From assembly GCA_002424045.1 (NCBI GenBank), contig DIPH01000051.1, positions 65,858 through 129,857 on the forward strand: a stretch of 64,000 bases of DNA, in the 5' to 3' direction. The translations under genes and the position numbers were made by a program. How positions within the stretch are numbered: position 1 is the stretch's first letter; every line of letters begins with the position of its first letter. Positions 19,354-28,564 of the stretch are shown one piece after another. This DNA is from Firmicutes bacterium UBA5493 (GTDB lineage: Bacteria > Bacillota > Limnochordia > Darwinibacteriales > Darwinibacteriaceae). The notes below the pieces were generated by a model that worked only from the letters and a program-made list of their open reading frames with translations, was not told the origin of the DNA and searched no databases.

Positions 19354-19980
19354 TTACCAATCAATCTCCTCAGGATAATCTATGTCAAGCTCAACAAAAC
19401 TCGGCGAGCAATTATGAGCCTGTGCAGCCTCGTTTACCACTTCCCGATACTCCTGATACTCATCGCCCTTCTCTACGAGTCGTTTCACCATGATAGAGAT
19501 ATTCTTCACCCGTTTTTCCTTATCCAGGTCAAGAAATCTGGTATTAAGGACATCCAAGTACTGTGTCGTATAGTGTTCAAAGGAAACGTAGTATCCAAAC
19601 ATCATGTTTGTAATGCGACCTAGAACCGTTGGAGACACGGCTTGTTCAATGCACTTATACACTTCGGCCTGAAATAATCTCACCTGAGCCAAAGCTGAAT
19701 CCCAGGCCACATTTTTGTGCGTGAATGGAGCATAGTGGCTCTTAGAGAGTTTCTTGGCCCGAAGTTTGACAAAGCCATTGAGAACCATAGTGTAGAATAG
19801 CAACTCGGGCCATAGGACATTGGTACTTACGTAGACATTCTTATCAGGCGCGACAATGCCTAGCCAACGCCTACTGCATTCAGTAGTATTCGTTAGAAAG
19901 CAAGGGAATCCTGCCTTTGCGAAATTCGTCAAGTTGATTGGGGACTGTCCTGCGATCACCGCGATCAGAAAAAAGCGCAA
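19354..19980 (-). CDS. Hypothetical protein (208 aa); faint similarity to the C-terminal region of aminoglycoside 6-nucleotidyltransferase-like proteins
   Basis: Clean ORF, divergent from the nitroreductase gene. The similarity to ANT(6)-like proteins is weak and from memory only. Confidence 0.45.
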   Translation of the reverse strand: MRFFLIAVIAGQSPINLTNFAKAGFPCFLTNTTECSRRWLGIVAPDKNVYVSTNVLWPELLFYTMVLNGFVKLRAKKLSKSHYAPFTHKNVAWDSALAQVRLFQAEVYKCIEQAVSPTVLGRITNMMFGYYVSFEHYTTQYLDVLNTRFLDLDKEKRVKNISIMVKRLVEKGDEYQEYREVVNEAAQAHNCSPSFVELDIDYPEEIDW

Positions 19981-20037
19981 GAACGGACAAATGACTCCCC
20001 TTCCAGTGTATTATGATTGATTCAGAAAGGAGGAGTT

Positions 20038-20613
20038 ATGGTGGATACAGTTGAAATAATACGGTCCAGACGTAGCATCCGCCGCTTTAAATCCGACAAA
20101 ATCGGGCGGGACGTCATTGAAAAGCTCTTGGATCTGGCGACTCAAGCGCCGAGTGCCAAGAACGATCAGCCCTGGAAATTTGTGGTGGCCACGGGCAGAG
20201 CCAAAACATCCTTAGTGAACGTTCTTATGGAAGGCATGGAAAGGGCCGAGGCCCAAGGACTATCAACTGGGAGTATGCGGGTGAGTATTCGGGCTATGTC
20301 CGAGGCTCCTGTGGTTATCTTGGTCTTTAACCGTTTCGGACGTGAAAACCTCCCACAAGAGTACCAATACGCCAAATGCCTTGTAGATACTCAATCAATC
20401 GGAGCGGCTATTCAAACCTTCTTATTAGCAGCATGGGATGCGGGATTAGGAACACTTTGGATCTGCGATGTTCTTTACGCAAGAGACCAAGTCCAAGCCT
20501 TTGTCTCAACCAAGGAAGAACTGGTCGCGACCATCGCTCTGGGAGTTCCCTCGGAGTCACCGGGGAAGCGCCCAAGGGAAGACTTAAACGAACTTACCAC
20601 ATGGATGGACTAA
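20038..20613 (+). CDS. Nitroreductase-family protein (FMN-dependent NAD(P)H oxidoreductase)
   Basis: IRSRRSIRRFKSDKI ... nitroreductase fold. AAAGGAGGA RBS before the ATG at 20038. Confidence 0.85.
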   Translation: MVDTVEIIRSRRSIRRFKSDKIGRDVIEKLLDLATQAPSAKNDQPWKFVVATGRAKTSLVNVLMEGMERAEAQGLSTGSMRVSIRAMSEAPVVILVFNRFGRENLPQEYQYAKCLVDTQSIGAAIQTFLLAAWDAGLGTLWICDVLYARDQVQAFVSTKEELVATIALGVPSESPGKRPREDLNELTTWMD

Positions 20614-20638
20614 GCGGTAACAAAAGGGGGGAAAGGTC

Positions 20639-21187
20639 TTGAGCTACCTGAACCAAATTCAACACAGCTTAGACTATGTGGAAGGGCATCGTACCGAGCC
20701 CCTAACTGTCGAGGATCTGGCAAGTCAAATCGGCTTTTCCCCGTATCACTATTCTGAAAACGGCCAAAACGTTAGGGATATACCAAAATTCTGGGAAGAG
20801 TATCTAAGACTCGAGAAGGGCAAACACCTTCATTCCCAGCCCAATGTGGTGAGCGATGCCGAGTATGGAATTTGCTTTGATATGAGTATGGAAACAAACA
20901 GTTTCAACTACTATATCGGAGTAGAGGTTTCTGATTTTTCAGGTCTAGACCCCCAGTTCCAGACAACAGAAATACCGGCCGCAACATACGCCGTCTTTAC
21001 CACACCACCAACAGAGCGTTCCAAACTCAGCGATCAAATTCAGAGTACCTGGGCTTATATCTACAACGAATGGTTTCCTAATTCTGCCTATGAATTTGCG
21101 CAAGGTTGTGCTGACTTTGAGCTCTATGATGAACGCTGCCTAAGGGACACCGGTTGTGTGATGGAAATTTGGATCCCCATAGGATAG
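20639..21187 (+). CDS. AraC-N-terminus/GyrI-like effector-binding protein with an apparent internal deletion of the second half of the HTH domain
   Basis: The N-terminus MSYLNQIQHSLDYVEGHRTEPLTVEDLASQIGFSPYHY matches AraC/GyrI-like regulators (…IAGFSKYHFHRIF…) but runs directly into the GyrI-like domain (IPKFWEEY...). The protein is 182 aa versus about 290 aa typical. TTG start. Confidence 0.55.
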   Translation: MSYLNQIQHSLDYVEGHRTEPLTVEDLASQIGFSPYHYSENGQNVRDIPKFWEEYLRLEKGKHLHSQPNVVSDAEYGICFDMSMETNSFNYYIGVEVSDFSGLDPQFQTTEIPAATYAVFTTPPTERSKLSDQIQSTWAYIYNEWFPNSAYEFAQGCADFELYDERCLRDTGCVMEIWIPIG

Positions 21188-21313
21188 GGGACTGTCGGGG
21201 AATGTCCCGCGATTAACTTGCTCCATTCCATTCGTATCAACAAAGGCAAGAGCAGAAGCCATAAATAGCTCCAGCTCTTGCCTTTGAACATAGGGGACTA
21301 TCCCCTAAAGAAG

Positions 21314-21754
21314 CTAGAGGTTGGAATAATACTCTTCTGGACGCTGCAGCAGCTGGAGAATCCTCCACAACAGGGCCTTGTGCCCCTCTTCCTCCCGCTC
21401 AAGCATGAGAAAGACGTCCCTCTCCTGCTGGGATGTGGCTTTCCTAGCGAGTTCTCCAAACAAATCGATGGCCTTCTCCTCAAACTCTAGAGCCTGCTGG
21501 TAGATGGCGATGTAACTAGAGCTGTTCACAGGGGCATCAAAAATAGTCTCCACGCGATCGGTAACCCTACTTTCCCTAAAGTCATACACTCCAGAGTCTC
21601 TGATCTGTTTGAGGAGCTGGTAGTGCTTCTCTTCATCCTTCGCCAATCCTTCGAAAATCTCTCGGAATGCCGAGTCTTCCGTGACACTCGCCTGCTTTAG
21701 ATAGAACTCCTTGCCTTGTAGTTCTACCTCCATTGCATAATCTAACGGATGCAA
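21314..21754 (-). CDS. Rubrerythrin-like/ferritin-like diiron four-helix-bundle protein (no rubredoxin domain)
   Basis: Two E...EXXH pairs (EVELQGKEFY...DEEKHYQLL; EFEEKAIDLF...EREEEGHKALL). TTG start preferred because GAGGTGGA lies 4 nt upstream. It is the last gene of the Nqr-like operon. Confidence 0.6.
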   Translation of the reverse strand: MHPLDYAMEVELQGKEFYLKQASVTEDSAFREIFEGLAKDEEKHYQLLKQIRDSGVYDFRESRVTDRVETIFDAPVNSSSYIAIYQQALEFEEKAIDLFGELARKATSQQERDVFLMLEREEEGHKALLWRILQLLQRPEEYYSNL

Positions 21755-21764
21755 GACTTCCACC

Positions 21765-22229
21765 TCACTTTGGGTTTTTGATTTCTAGTACTTCAGCATA
21801 TTCGGCTGGGTCGACCCGAAAAGGAGCTCCATAACCCTCATAAAAACCATGACTGGCTATGAGATGGATGTTTAAATCCGACCATACCACCGTTTTCCCC
21901 GACTCCATGTTGGTCACCCGCGTAATGGACTTGGATGCTTGGACATTATCGGCAAACGGGCAGAGAATCCTGCCTTTATGTTCTTCTCGCTCAACTCTAA
22001 ACTTATGGTCCGCATTTTTTGGCCCAGGATTATCTGCTAGTTTGTCCGTAAAGTAGCGCATTCTGTCTGAAATATCTTGATTGGTCAAGCCTAATGGTTC
22101 CAGAAGAAGCTGATCATGGAGGATAACATCTGCAAGAGTACGGGTATCTGTCCCTAGAAACTGGTGGGCAGCCAATGGGCCCGAACGCATATTATCCTCA
22201 ATACGCTTAAAGTTTGGCCCTTGTTTCAT
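21765..22229 (-). CDS. Hypothetical 154-aa protein co-transcribed with the Nqr/Rnf-like complex
   Basis: Strong RBS AAAGGGGGA. It starts 13 nt after the NqrF-like stop. I recognise no family. Confidence 0.5.
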   Translation of the reverse strand: MKQGPNFKRIEDNMRSGPLAAHQFLGTDTRTLADVILHDQLLLEPLGLTNQDISDRMRYFTDKLADNPGPKNADHKFRVEREEHKGRILCPFADNVQASKSITRVTNMESGKTVVWSDLNIHLIASHGFYEGYGAPFRVDPAEYAEVLEIKNPK

Positions 22230-22242
22230 TTTTCATCCCCCT

Positions 22243-23340
22243 TTAGAATTCGTCGTAGAAAATGGCCTCTTTACCAAAGCCAATCTTGGTCAATACGTTG
22301 ACACAGGCATTGATCATTCCCGGACTTCCGCACAGATAGGCTTGCCTACCTACGGCATCAGGCACATGGCGAGCAACAACATCTGTGATCAGTCCTTCTT
22401 CTCCATCCCATTTATCTTCAGGAGTCGCTCCAGATAGGGCAGGTATGTACGTGAAGTTATCGTATTTTTCTTCTAGTTCACGGAAGAATTCCACATAGTA
22501 GAGATCCCTTGGTCGGACTGCACCGAAAAAGAATTTCATCTTTTTATCTAGCTTCTTCTCGAGAATATCCAAGACTAAAGAGCGAATGGGTGCTAGCCCT
22601 GATCCTCCCGCAATGAAGATGAGTTCGTCCCCGCCCTCATGCAAATAAAACTGACCAAAGGGGCCCGCAAAGGTGATCTCATCGCCTTCCTTGACATGAT
22701 TATGCATAAATGTGGTACAAATACCTCCCGGAACGAGTCGGATAATCAGCTCAATTATGTTTTTTTCCGATGGGACAGAGGAAACGGAATAGGCACGGCT
22801 CACCGCTTCAGTGACTTGGTCATAGGGTTTGCTATCGATTTGGACATATTGTCCCGCCTTGAAATCAATGGTCTGGGGCTCAATGAGTCTAAAACGAAAC
22901 TGTTTGATATCATGGGTGAGCTGCGTAATCTCCTCTACCCTGGAACGATACTGTTTTACATTAAAGAATTCCTCTGGAATCATGATCCTTAGGTCATGTT
23001 TCACCTTCAGCTGGCAAGCCAGGCGGACCCCACCTTCAATCTCTGCATCCGATAAGTAAGGTTCTTCCGTAGGAAGTACGGGACCTGCGCTCTCCGCTAG
23101 CGTCACCTTACACAGACCACAGGTCGCCTTTCCCCCACATGCAGAGGGAATAAAGACTCTGTGGCTTGCTAGACTGGATAGGAGGCTCGACCCTCCGTTG
23201 ACCTCTAGACGTTTAGTGCCATCATTGATGTCAATGGTACAAACGCCATAGTTATTGAGTTTATAATCTGCCAGGACTACCAGGCCTGCGAGGACTGTTG
23301 CTAGGACAGATAAGCTTAGAACTGTTAGCACAACTGACAT
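22243..23340 (-). CDS. nqrF: NqrF-like subunit: TM helix + 2Fe-2S ferredoxin + FAD/NAD(H)-binding ferredoxin-reductase domain
   Basis: N-terminal TM. 2Fe-2S motif SACGGKATCGLCKV...C. FAD motifs RAYSVSS and GGICTTFM. NAD motif IFIAGGSGLAPIRS. C-terminal YLCGSPGMI. The ATG at 23340 is preceded by GGAGTGAGG. Confidence 0.85.
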   Translation of the reverse strand: MSVVLTVLSLSVLATVLAGLVVLADYKLNNYGVCTIDINDGTKRLEVNGGSSLLSSLASHRVFIPSACGGKATCGLCKVTLAESAGPVLPTEEPYLSDAEIEGGVRLACQLKVKHDLRIMIPEEFFNVKQYRSRVEEITQLTHDIKQFRFRLIEPQTIDFKAGQYVQIDSKPYDQVTEAVSRAYSVSSVPSEKNIIELIIRLVPGGICTTFMHNHVKEGDEITFAGPFGQFYLHEGGDELIFIAGGSGLAPIRSLVLDILEKKLDKKMKFFFGAVRPRDLYYVEFFRELEEKYDNFTYIPALSGATPEDKWDGEEGLITDVVARHVPDAVGRQAYLCGSPGMINACVNVLTKIGFGKEAIFYDEF

Positions 23341-23389
23341 AGACCTCACTCCATTTCTATTCAGCAAGTTGCAGACATCGGAAACACCC

Positions 23390-23989
23390 CTACATCACCA
23401 CAAAAATCCCAGAAAAGCCCACAAATGCCAGAGCCATGATCCCTGTGATTATAAAGGTGATGGCCGGTCCGTCCAAGCCACGAGGAAGTTGATTTCCAGC
23501 CATTTTCTCGCGAATGGCGGCTAGAGCAGCAATCGCTAACCACCAGCCCAGTCCGCTTCCTAGGCCGAAGAGCAAGGTTTGCAAAAATCCATAGCTTCGA
23601 ATTACCATGAATAGACTGATACCCAAGATCGCACAATTCACAGTAATCAGAGGCAGGAAGATACCAAGTTTCATGTGTAAATCAGGTAAATAGCGATCCA
23701 TCACCATCTCGATGATCTGTACCGTGGCGGCAATGACTATAATGAAGATCAGGTAACGCAAGTAATCGAGTCCTAAGGGAATCATGATGAAGTGGTAAAT
23801 GAGCCAGTTGAGTGTGGTGGTGAACACCATAACCAGGGCCACAGCTTTTCCCAGACCAGATGCTGTTCTATATTCGGTGGATACAGAGATAAACGAGCAC
23901 ATCCCCAAGAAATTCGCCAGAACCATGTTGCTGGTAAAGATCGATGCAAGGAAAATCACTAAGGGGCTTATGGCTGGTGCATTACCCAT
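23390..23989 (-). CDS. NqrE/RnfA-family membrane subunit
   Basis: FTSNMVLANFLGMCSFISVS matches the NqrE/RnfA N-terminus. Six TM helices. RBS GGAGGTGG before the ATG at 23989. Confidence 0.85.
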   Translation of the reverse strand: MGNAPAISPLVIFLASIFTSNMVLANFLGMCSFISVSTEYRTASGLGKAVALVMVFTTTLNWLIYHFIMIPLGLDYLRYLIFIIVIAATVQIIEMVMDRYLPDLHMKLGIFLPLITVNCAILGISLFMVIRSYGFLQTLLFGLGSGLGWWLAIAALAAIREKMAGNQLPRGLDGPAITFIITGIMALAFVGFSGIFVVM

Positions 23990-24611
23990 TCTTACCACCT
24001 CCAACGGCTTGTTTACGAGCAACAATGTTATTCACAATCCAAATCATAACCCCCACAAGGAAAAACGCAGCCGGGGGCATTACCATAATTGTCCAGGTTT
24101 CCAGTCCGAGGAAATTGACATCATACCCGAAAATGGTTCCGAAACCCATGAGTTCCCGGATGAAGGCGATAATGACCAAAACGATGGTATAACCTAGTCC
24201 TGCAAAGACTCCGTCTAGAAAGGATTCAATTGGTGGGTTCATCTGGGCAAAAGCTTCGGCCCTTCCCATAATAATACAGTTGGTGATGATCAAGCCTATA
24301 TAGGGACCGAGGGCCCGGCTGACATCGGGAAGGGTAGCCTTGATAATGATATCAAAGAGGATTACCCAAGAAGCAATGATCAAGGTCTGGACAATCATCC
24401 GTACTCTATGGGGAATATAGTTCCTCAAAAGTGAGATCGTCAGACTGGAGAGAGCGACCGAAAAGATCAAGCCTGCACCCATCACCAGAGAATTGGAGAG
24501 TACGTTGGTGACAGCCAAGAGAGAGCAAATTCCGAGAATCTGACGTAAGACTTGGTTTTCATCCCATACATTACGCCTGAAAAGGGCCTTAAGCTCACCT
24601 TTTTTCATCAT
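23982..24611 (-). CDS. NqrD/RnfE-family membrane subunit
   Basis: LRQILGICSLLAVTN...IITNCIIMGRAEAF matches NqrD/RnfE. Confidence 0.85.
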   Translation of the reverse strand: MMKKGELKALFRRNVWDENQVLRQILGICSLLAVTNVLSNSLVMGAGLIFSVALSSLTISLLRNYIPHRVRMIVQTLIIASWVILFDIIIKATLPDVSRALGPYIGLIITNCIIMGRAEAFAQMNPPIESFLDGVFAGLGYTIVLVIIAFIRELMGFGTIFGYDVNFLGLETWTIMVMPPAAFFLVGVMIWIVNNIVARKQAVGGGKNG

Positions 24612-25189
24612 CTCGCCAGCACCTCCTTGAGTGGCATGAGTTCAGAAATTGTGTTATTGAGAATATTAAGGACAGCATTGGAACTACTCGTGGCTCCAGT
24701 AATGGCGTCAATTCCGCTTCCGTAGACCAGGTTTTCCCCTGGTATCAGTGGTACTCCTGCGAATTGCTCCTTGAACCAAGGTTCATCAATCCTACCTCCT
24801 AGACCAGGAGTCTCGTTTTGCTCAACAAACTCCATTCCAAGGAGACGATCAAAGGTGGCTGAAACACCAATATAACCTCGAATGGAACCCCATAGGCCTT
24901 GCCCATCGAGGGGAAATGCATAGCTTATGGGACTACCATCTTCATCATACACCGCAAAGGTTGACGACGTTCCAGCCGTAACCGGTGTCACTTGCCCTTC
25001 AAATGTAGTTACCAGATCGAACTCCGAGGTAATGCCGAGTACTTTTAGAATCGCTTGCCGCTCTACATTTGCCTCGTTTTCCGTAATCGTCGGGAGGTAG
25101 TAGGCTTGCGTCACGGCTAGTACAGTGGCAAAGACAGCCGTTAAAACAAATGTGAATGTTATGGTGTAGAGGTAGCTATCCTTTTTCAT
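24608..25189 (-). CDS. NqrC/RnfG-family FMN-binding subunit
   Basis: One TM helix. GQGLWGSIRGYIGV...EQNETPGLGGRI...SGIDAITGATSSSNAV carries the flavin-attachment motif. RBS AAGGAGGA before the ATG at 25189. Confidence 0.8.
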   Translation of the reverse strand: MKKDSYLYTITFTFVLTAVFATVLAVTQAYYLPTITENEANVERQAILKVLGITSEFDLVTTFEGQVTPVTAGTSSTFAVYDEDGSPISYAFPLDGQGLWGSIRGYIGVSATFDRLLGMEFVEQNETPGLGGRIDEPWFKEQFAGVPLIPGENLVYGSGIDAITGATSSSNAVLNILNNTISELMPLKEVLAR

Positions 25190-26126
25190 GGGCCATCCTC
25201 CTTTGAGCCGCAAATTCTTTGACCCTCATTTCAATTAAGGGTCCGAATGTATTCGCCAGGAGAATCGCGAACATCGCTCCCTCGCGAAATACGGAAAAAG
25301 TACGAATGGTCAGGGCCAAAAGTCCAACCAAAGCGCCAAAGAAGATCTGGGCTACCTTATTTCTTGGAGCTGAGATGGGGTCTGTGGCCATAAACACAAT
25401 CGCAAAGAGAAAACCCCCGGTTAGTAAGGATTCCAGTGGTGTTGATGGAAAGGCTCCAACTGCAGATAAAATGGTTCCCAAACCAAGAAAGGCTACGACG
25501 CCGGAGAGCATAATACGTATGGATGCTGTCTTGGTGTAGACCAGGTATACTGCTGCTAGTAGGATCAAAAGGGCGCTGATTTCACCGCTTGACCCGGGAA
25601 TCTGCCCTAAAAATAAGCGTGACAAATCTGTTCCTGTTTGGACAAGTGGAGTAGCCGCTGAGATGGCATCTACTCCTTGGCTATAGCGGAGTAGACCTCC
25701 TGGGAACCCGTTGAAGGGCGTAGCCCACGTTACTGTCATAGAGCTCGGAAAAGAGATGAACACAAAACACCGCCCCACCAAGGCTGGGTTAAAAATGTTC
25801 TTGCCGAAACCTCCAAAAACTCCTTTCCCAAATAGAACTCCAAAGGCAATGCCCACTACCGCCACCCACAAAGGAACGGTTGAGGGTAAAATCAGGGTAA
25901 ATAAGACGCAGGTGACAAAAATCGCTTCGGGAATCTTGAAGTCGGTACCACCCTTCATGAACCTCAAGATCAGATACTCCGTCAAGACACCGGCCGCTGT
26001 TACCACAGCTAAGATAAGTAGGACACGTAATCCAAATGAGTAGACTGCCCAGAGCAGGATGGGTACCAGGCTAATTAATACCCTCCTCATGATTGATTGT
26101 CGCATAAACAGTGCTCCCAGTTGCAT
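25176..26126 (-). CDS. RnfD/NqrB-family membrane subunit (RnfD-sized, about 317 aa)
   Basis: GKGVFGGFGKNIFNPALVGR and GVDAISAATPL are NqrB/RnfD signatures, the latter holding the covalent-FMN threonine. The start at 26126 has a GGAGGAGGA RBS. The size is closer to RnfD than to NqrB (about 410 aa). Confidence 0.8.
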   Translation of the reverse strand: MQLGALFMRQSIMRRVLISLVPILLWAVYSFGLRVLLILAVVTAAGVLTEYLILRFMKGGTDFKIPEAIFVTCVLFTLILPSTVPLWVAVVGIAFGVLFGKGVFGGFGKNIFNPALVGRCFVFISFPSSMTVTWATPFNGFPGGLLRYSQGVDAISAATPLVQTGTDLSRLFLGQIPGSSGEISALLILLAAVYLVYTKTASIRIMLSGVVAFLGLGTILSAVGAFPSTPLESLLTGGFLFAIVFMATDPISAPRNKVAQIFFGALVGLLALTIRTFSVFREGAMFAILLANTFGPLIEMRVKEFAAQRRMAHEKG

Positions 26127-26380
26127 ACATCCTCCTCCTCGAAAACTCGATGAATTCTCACTAAAATGTATCTCCAACCTTACAGAAGTAGAACACAAAA
26201 ACGGGCTTACCACCGCCTCTCCATGCATTTTCTGTCCTACTGATATATGAGTAGTTGAATTCGACGTAATGCTAAGAAATCCTTTCTTTTTCGACGGTCA
26301 ATTAACTCCTTTTCGTAAAGCGATATGTCTTTTAGAACGCATTCACCTTTCCCGAGCGGGGGATCGTCCCTCGATCAGAA

Positions 26381-26407
26381 CAAAAAAAGCACCTCCATTG
26401 GAGATGC
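26381..26407 (-). terminator. Rho-independent terminator of csp
   Basis: On the minus transcript an 8-bp stem (gcaucucc/ggaggugc, one G-U) is followed by UUUUUUUG. Confidence 0.6.
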
Positions 26408-26426
26408 TTTTTGTTTTACTTAAGAA

Positions 26427-26624
26427 TTATATGCGAGTTACGTTAGCTGCTTGAGGTCCGCGATCACCCTGGGTGATGTCGAATTCTACTTCTTGACCCT
26501 CATCCAAAGATTTGAAACCGTCTCCCTGAATTGCTGAGAAGTGAACAAAAACATCGTCGCCACCCTCACGCTCGATGAAACCGAATCCCTTGTCATTGTT
26601 AAACCATTTTACTCTTCCAACCAT
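26427..26624 (-). CDS. csp: Cold-shock protein, CspA family
   Basis: [48 protein letters not shown] contains the canonical RNP1/RNP2 motifs. RBS AAGGAGG. Confidence 0.95.
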   Translation of the reverse strand: MVGRVKWFNNDKGFGFIEREGGDDVFVHFSAIQGDGFKSLDEGQEVEFDITQGDRGPQAANVTRI

Positions 26625-26722
26625 ATAATTTATGGCCTCCTTTAAAACAAAATCACAGATGTCACAAACAACTCATTTCCAATTAAGGCCATAAATAGTT
26701 CGTTCTTTCGCGTGTAAGTCTT

Positions 26723-26751
26723 ACTATATCAAATCCATCGCACAAATGCAA
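26723..26751 (-). promoter_or_regulatory. Sigma-A-type promoter of csp
   Basis: On the minus strand the sequence is TTGCAT, a 17-nt spacer, then TATAGT. The leader is long (about 95 nt), as is typical for csp. Confidence 0.5.
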
Positions 26752-26778
26752 CCTTTTCTTTTTTTCCACAGTTTTTTG

Positions 26779-26787
26779 TGGTATAAT
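26779..26787 (+). promoter_or_regulatory. Extended -10 element (TGgTATAAT) for the DEAD-box helicase gene, divergent from csp
   Basis: tgtggtataat read on the plus strand. The -35 is weak. The leader of about 125 nt begins with a stem-loop at 26796-26840. Confidence 0.4.
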
Positions 26788-26913
26788 GTTCTTGGTGATG
26801 TCCCTCTAATCTATGTCGAGGCCGAGGGTTCATCACCCTTTTGATTTTGGGCATAACTATTCTGAAGGACGAGCTTGCCTGTGATCATGAATACGTAGAG
26901 AAGAGGAATCACT

Positions 26914-28302
26914 ATGTCTGCATTTGAACAACTGGGGCTGAGCTCAGCTACGCTACAAGCCATCTACAGGCTGGGCTTTGAAGAACCCACTCCCATTCAG
27001 AAAAAGGCCATCCCCATAGCCCTTGATGGTAGAGATGTAATCGGACAGGCGCCTACTGGGACCGGAAAGACTGCTGCCTTTGGATTACCGATCATTGAAA
27101 GAATCCTGGTGGACAGCGACACCATTCAAGGTCTGGTGGTGGTTCCCACACGGGAGCTGGCCATTCAGGTGGCGGAGGAATTGAATAAGATCGGTGAGTA
27201 CAAGAGAGTTCGCACACTACCCATCTATGGTGGACAAGACATGATGCGGCAGATTAAGCTTCTCAAAAAACGGCCTCAAATTGTTGTAGGTACTCCAGGA
27301 CGATTGATGGACCATATGCGCCGCCGGACAATTCGTCTACATAATATTTCCATCGTGGTCTTAGATGAGGCCGATGAAATGCTCAATATGGGCTTTATTG
27401 ACGATATAGAGTACATCCTTGGAGATATCCCTGAAGATAGGCAGACCCTTCTCTTTTCCGCTTCCATCACCAAGGCTGTAGAAACCATATCCAATCAATT
27501 CATGCGCGATCCTGCCCTGATTAAGGCTACACCACGGAATATTACCGTTCCTAGTACAGAGCAACACTACATAGAGCTTCCAGAAGGAAAGAAATTTGAT
27601 GTCCTGTGTAATCTCCTCGATCTCCACTCACCGGAAGCAGCCATCATCTTTGGGCGCACCAAAAAAAGGGTCGATGAGATCAATCAAGCCCTTGCCCGAC
27701 GAGGTTATTCTTCAGGTGCTATCCATGGGGATCTCAACCAAAGTCAACGGAACACAGTAATGAACCAATTCCGCACAGGATCCATCGAGATCTTAGTGGC
27801 AACAGATGTGGCTGCTAGGGGACTCGACATCGAAGGAGTGAGCCATGTCTACAACTTTGATATTCCACAGGACCCTGAAAGCTATGTTCATCGCATTGGA
27901 CGCACAGGACGTGCAGGGCGCAAAGGAGCCGCCTTCACTTTCATCACACATCGAGAGCTTGATCACCTGAAAATTATCGAGCGGCTTACGCAGCGCAAGA
28001 TCATCCGCCACCCCATTCCTACACTTACAGATGCGCTGGCGGGACAACAGCAAGTCACGGTGGAGAAGGTTCTGAAGGCCGCCGAAGAACCTGTACTTGC
28101 GGCCTACAAAAACATGGCCGAAGACCTGCTTGAGCACCATGATTCTGTCACCCTCTTGGCTGCAACTCTGAAGCTTCTTACTAAAGAGCCAGACACTACA
28201 CCTGTGCACTTCACTGAGGAGGCGCCCCCACGAGAAAGGAAGTCGCGTACATCCGGATCCCAGCGTCACATCCGGGGTCCTCGCAGATCTAGAAAAAAAT
28301 GA
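26914..28302 (+). CDS. cshA: DEAD-box ATP-dependent RNA helicase (CshA-like) with basic C-terminal tail
   Basis: Q motif, Walker [11 protein letters not shown], the DEAD box (VLDEADEM), SAT, and [10 protein letters not shown] are all present. The C-terminal RG-rich extension is basic. Confidence 0.9.
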   Translation: MSAFEQLGLSSATLQAIYRLGFEEPTPIQKKAIPIALDGRDVIGQAPTGTGKTAAFGLPIIERILVDSDTIQGLVVVPTRELAIQVAEELNKIGEYKRVRTLPIYGGQDMMRQIKLLKKRPQIVVGTPGRLMDHMRRRTIRLHNISIVVLDEADEMLNMGFIDDIEYILGDIPEDRQTLLFSASITKAVETISNQFMRDPALIKATPRNITVPSTEQHYIELPEGKKFDVLCNLLDLHSPEAAIIFGRTKKRVDEINQALARRGYSSGAIHGDLNQSQRNTVMNQFRTGSIEILVATDVAARGLDIEGVSHVYNFDIPQDPESYVHRIGRTGRAGRKGAAFTFITHRELDHLKIIERLTQRKIIRHPIPTLTDALAGQQQVTVEKVLKAAEEPVLAAYKNMAEDLLEHHDSVTLLAATLKLLTKEPDTTPVHFTEEAPPRERKSRTSGSQRHIRGPRRSRKK

Positions 28303-28315
28303 GGAAATAAGCAAG

Positions 28316-28362
28316 GAAGTGTTGCCCAACTACTGACCGTAGCGAGCAACACTTCTTTTATT
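28316..28362 (+). terminator. Rho-independent terminator after the helicase gene
   Basis: A 10-bp stem gaagtgttgc / gcaacacttc followed by ttttatt. Confidence 0.5.
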
Positions 28363-28366
28363 ATCT

Positions 28367-28558
28367 TTACTGACCTAGACAGTCCAGAAGAAAGACTTGA
28401 ATATCATCCATCAAGTCTCGATTGAGATCTTGGGCTAGTTCTCGATCTATCGTTGAGTAAAAGTCCTGTCTCACCTCATAGGGGATCTTTTGTTCATAGA
28501 GGTCATAGAGTTCTCGATATAGAACGTTGACTTCAGAATTTCGCAAACAAGTTGACAT
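28367..28558 (-). CDS. Small hypothetical protein (63 aa) downstream of oppF
   Basis: ORF only, with no recognisable domain. Confidence 0.25.
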   Translation of the reverse strand: MSTCLRNSEVNVLYRELYDLYEQKIPYEVRQDFYSTIDRELAQDLNRDLMDDIQVFLLDCLGQ

Positions 28559-28564
28559 AGTTCG

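Noticed and set aside
19135-19623. 162-aa plus-strand ORF
   Set aside because: It is antisense to the HD-domain gene and the neighbouring gene. It has no RBS and a hydrophobic, junk-like composition.
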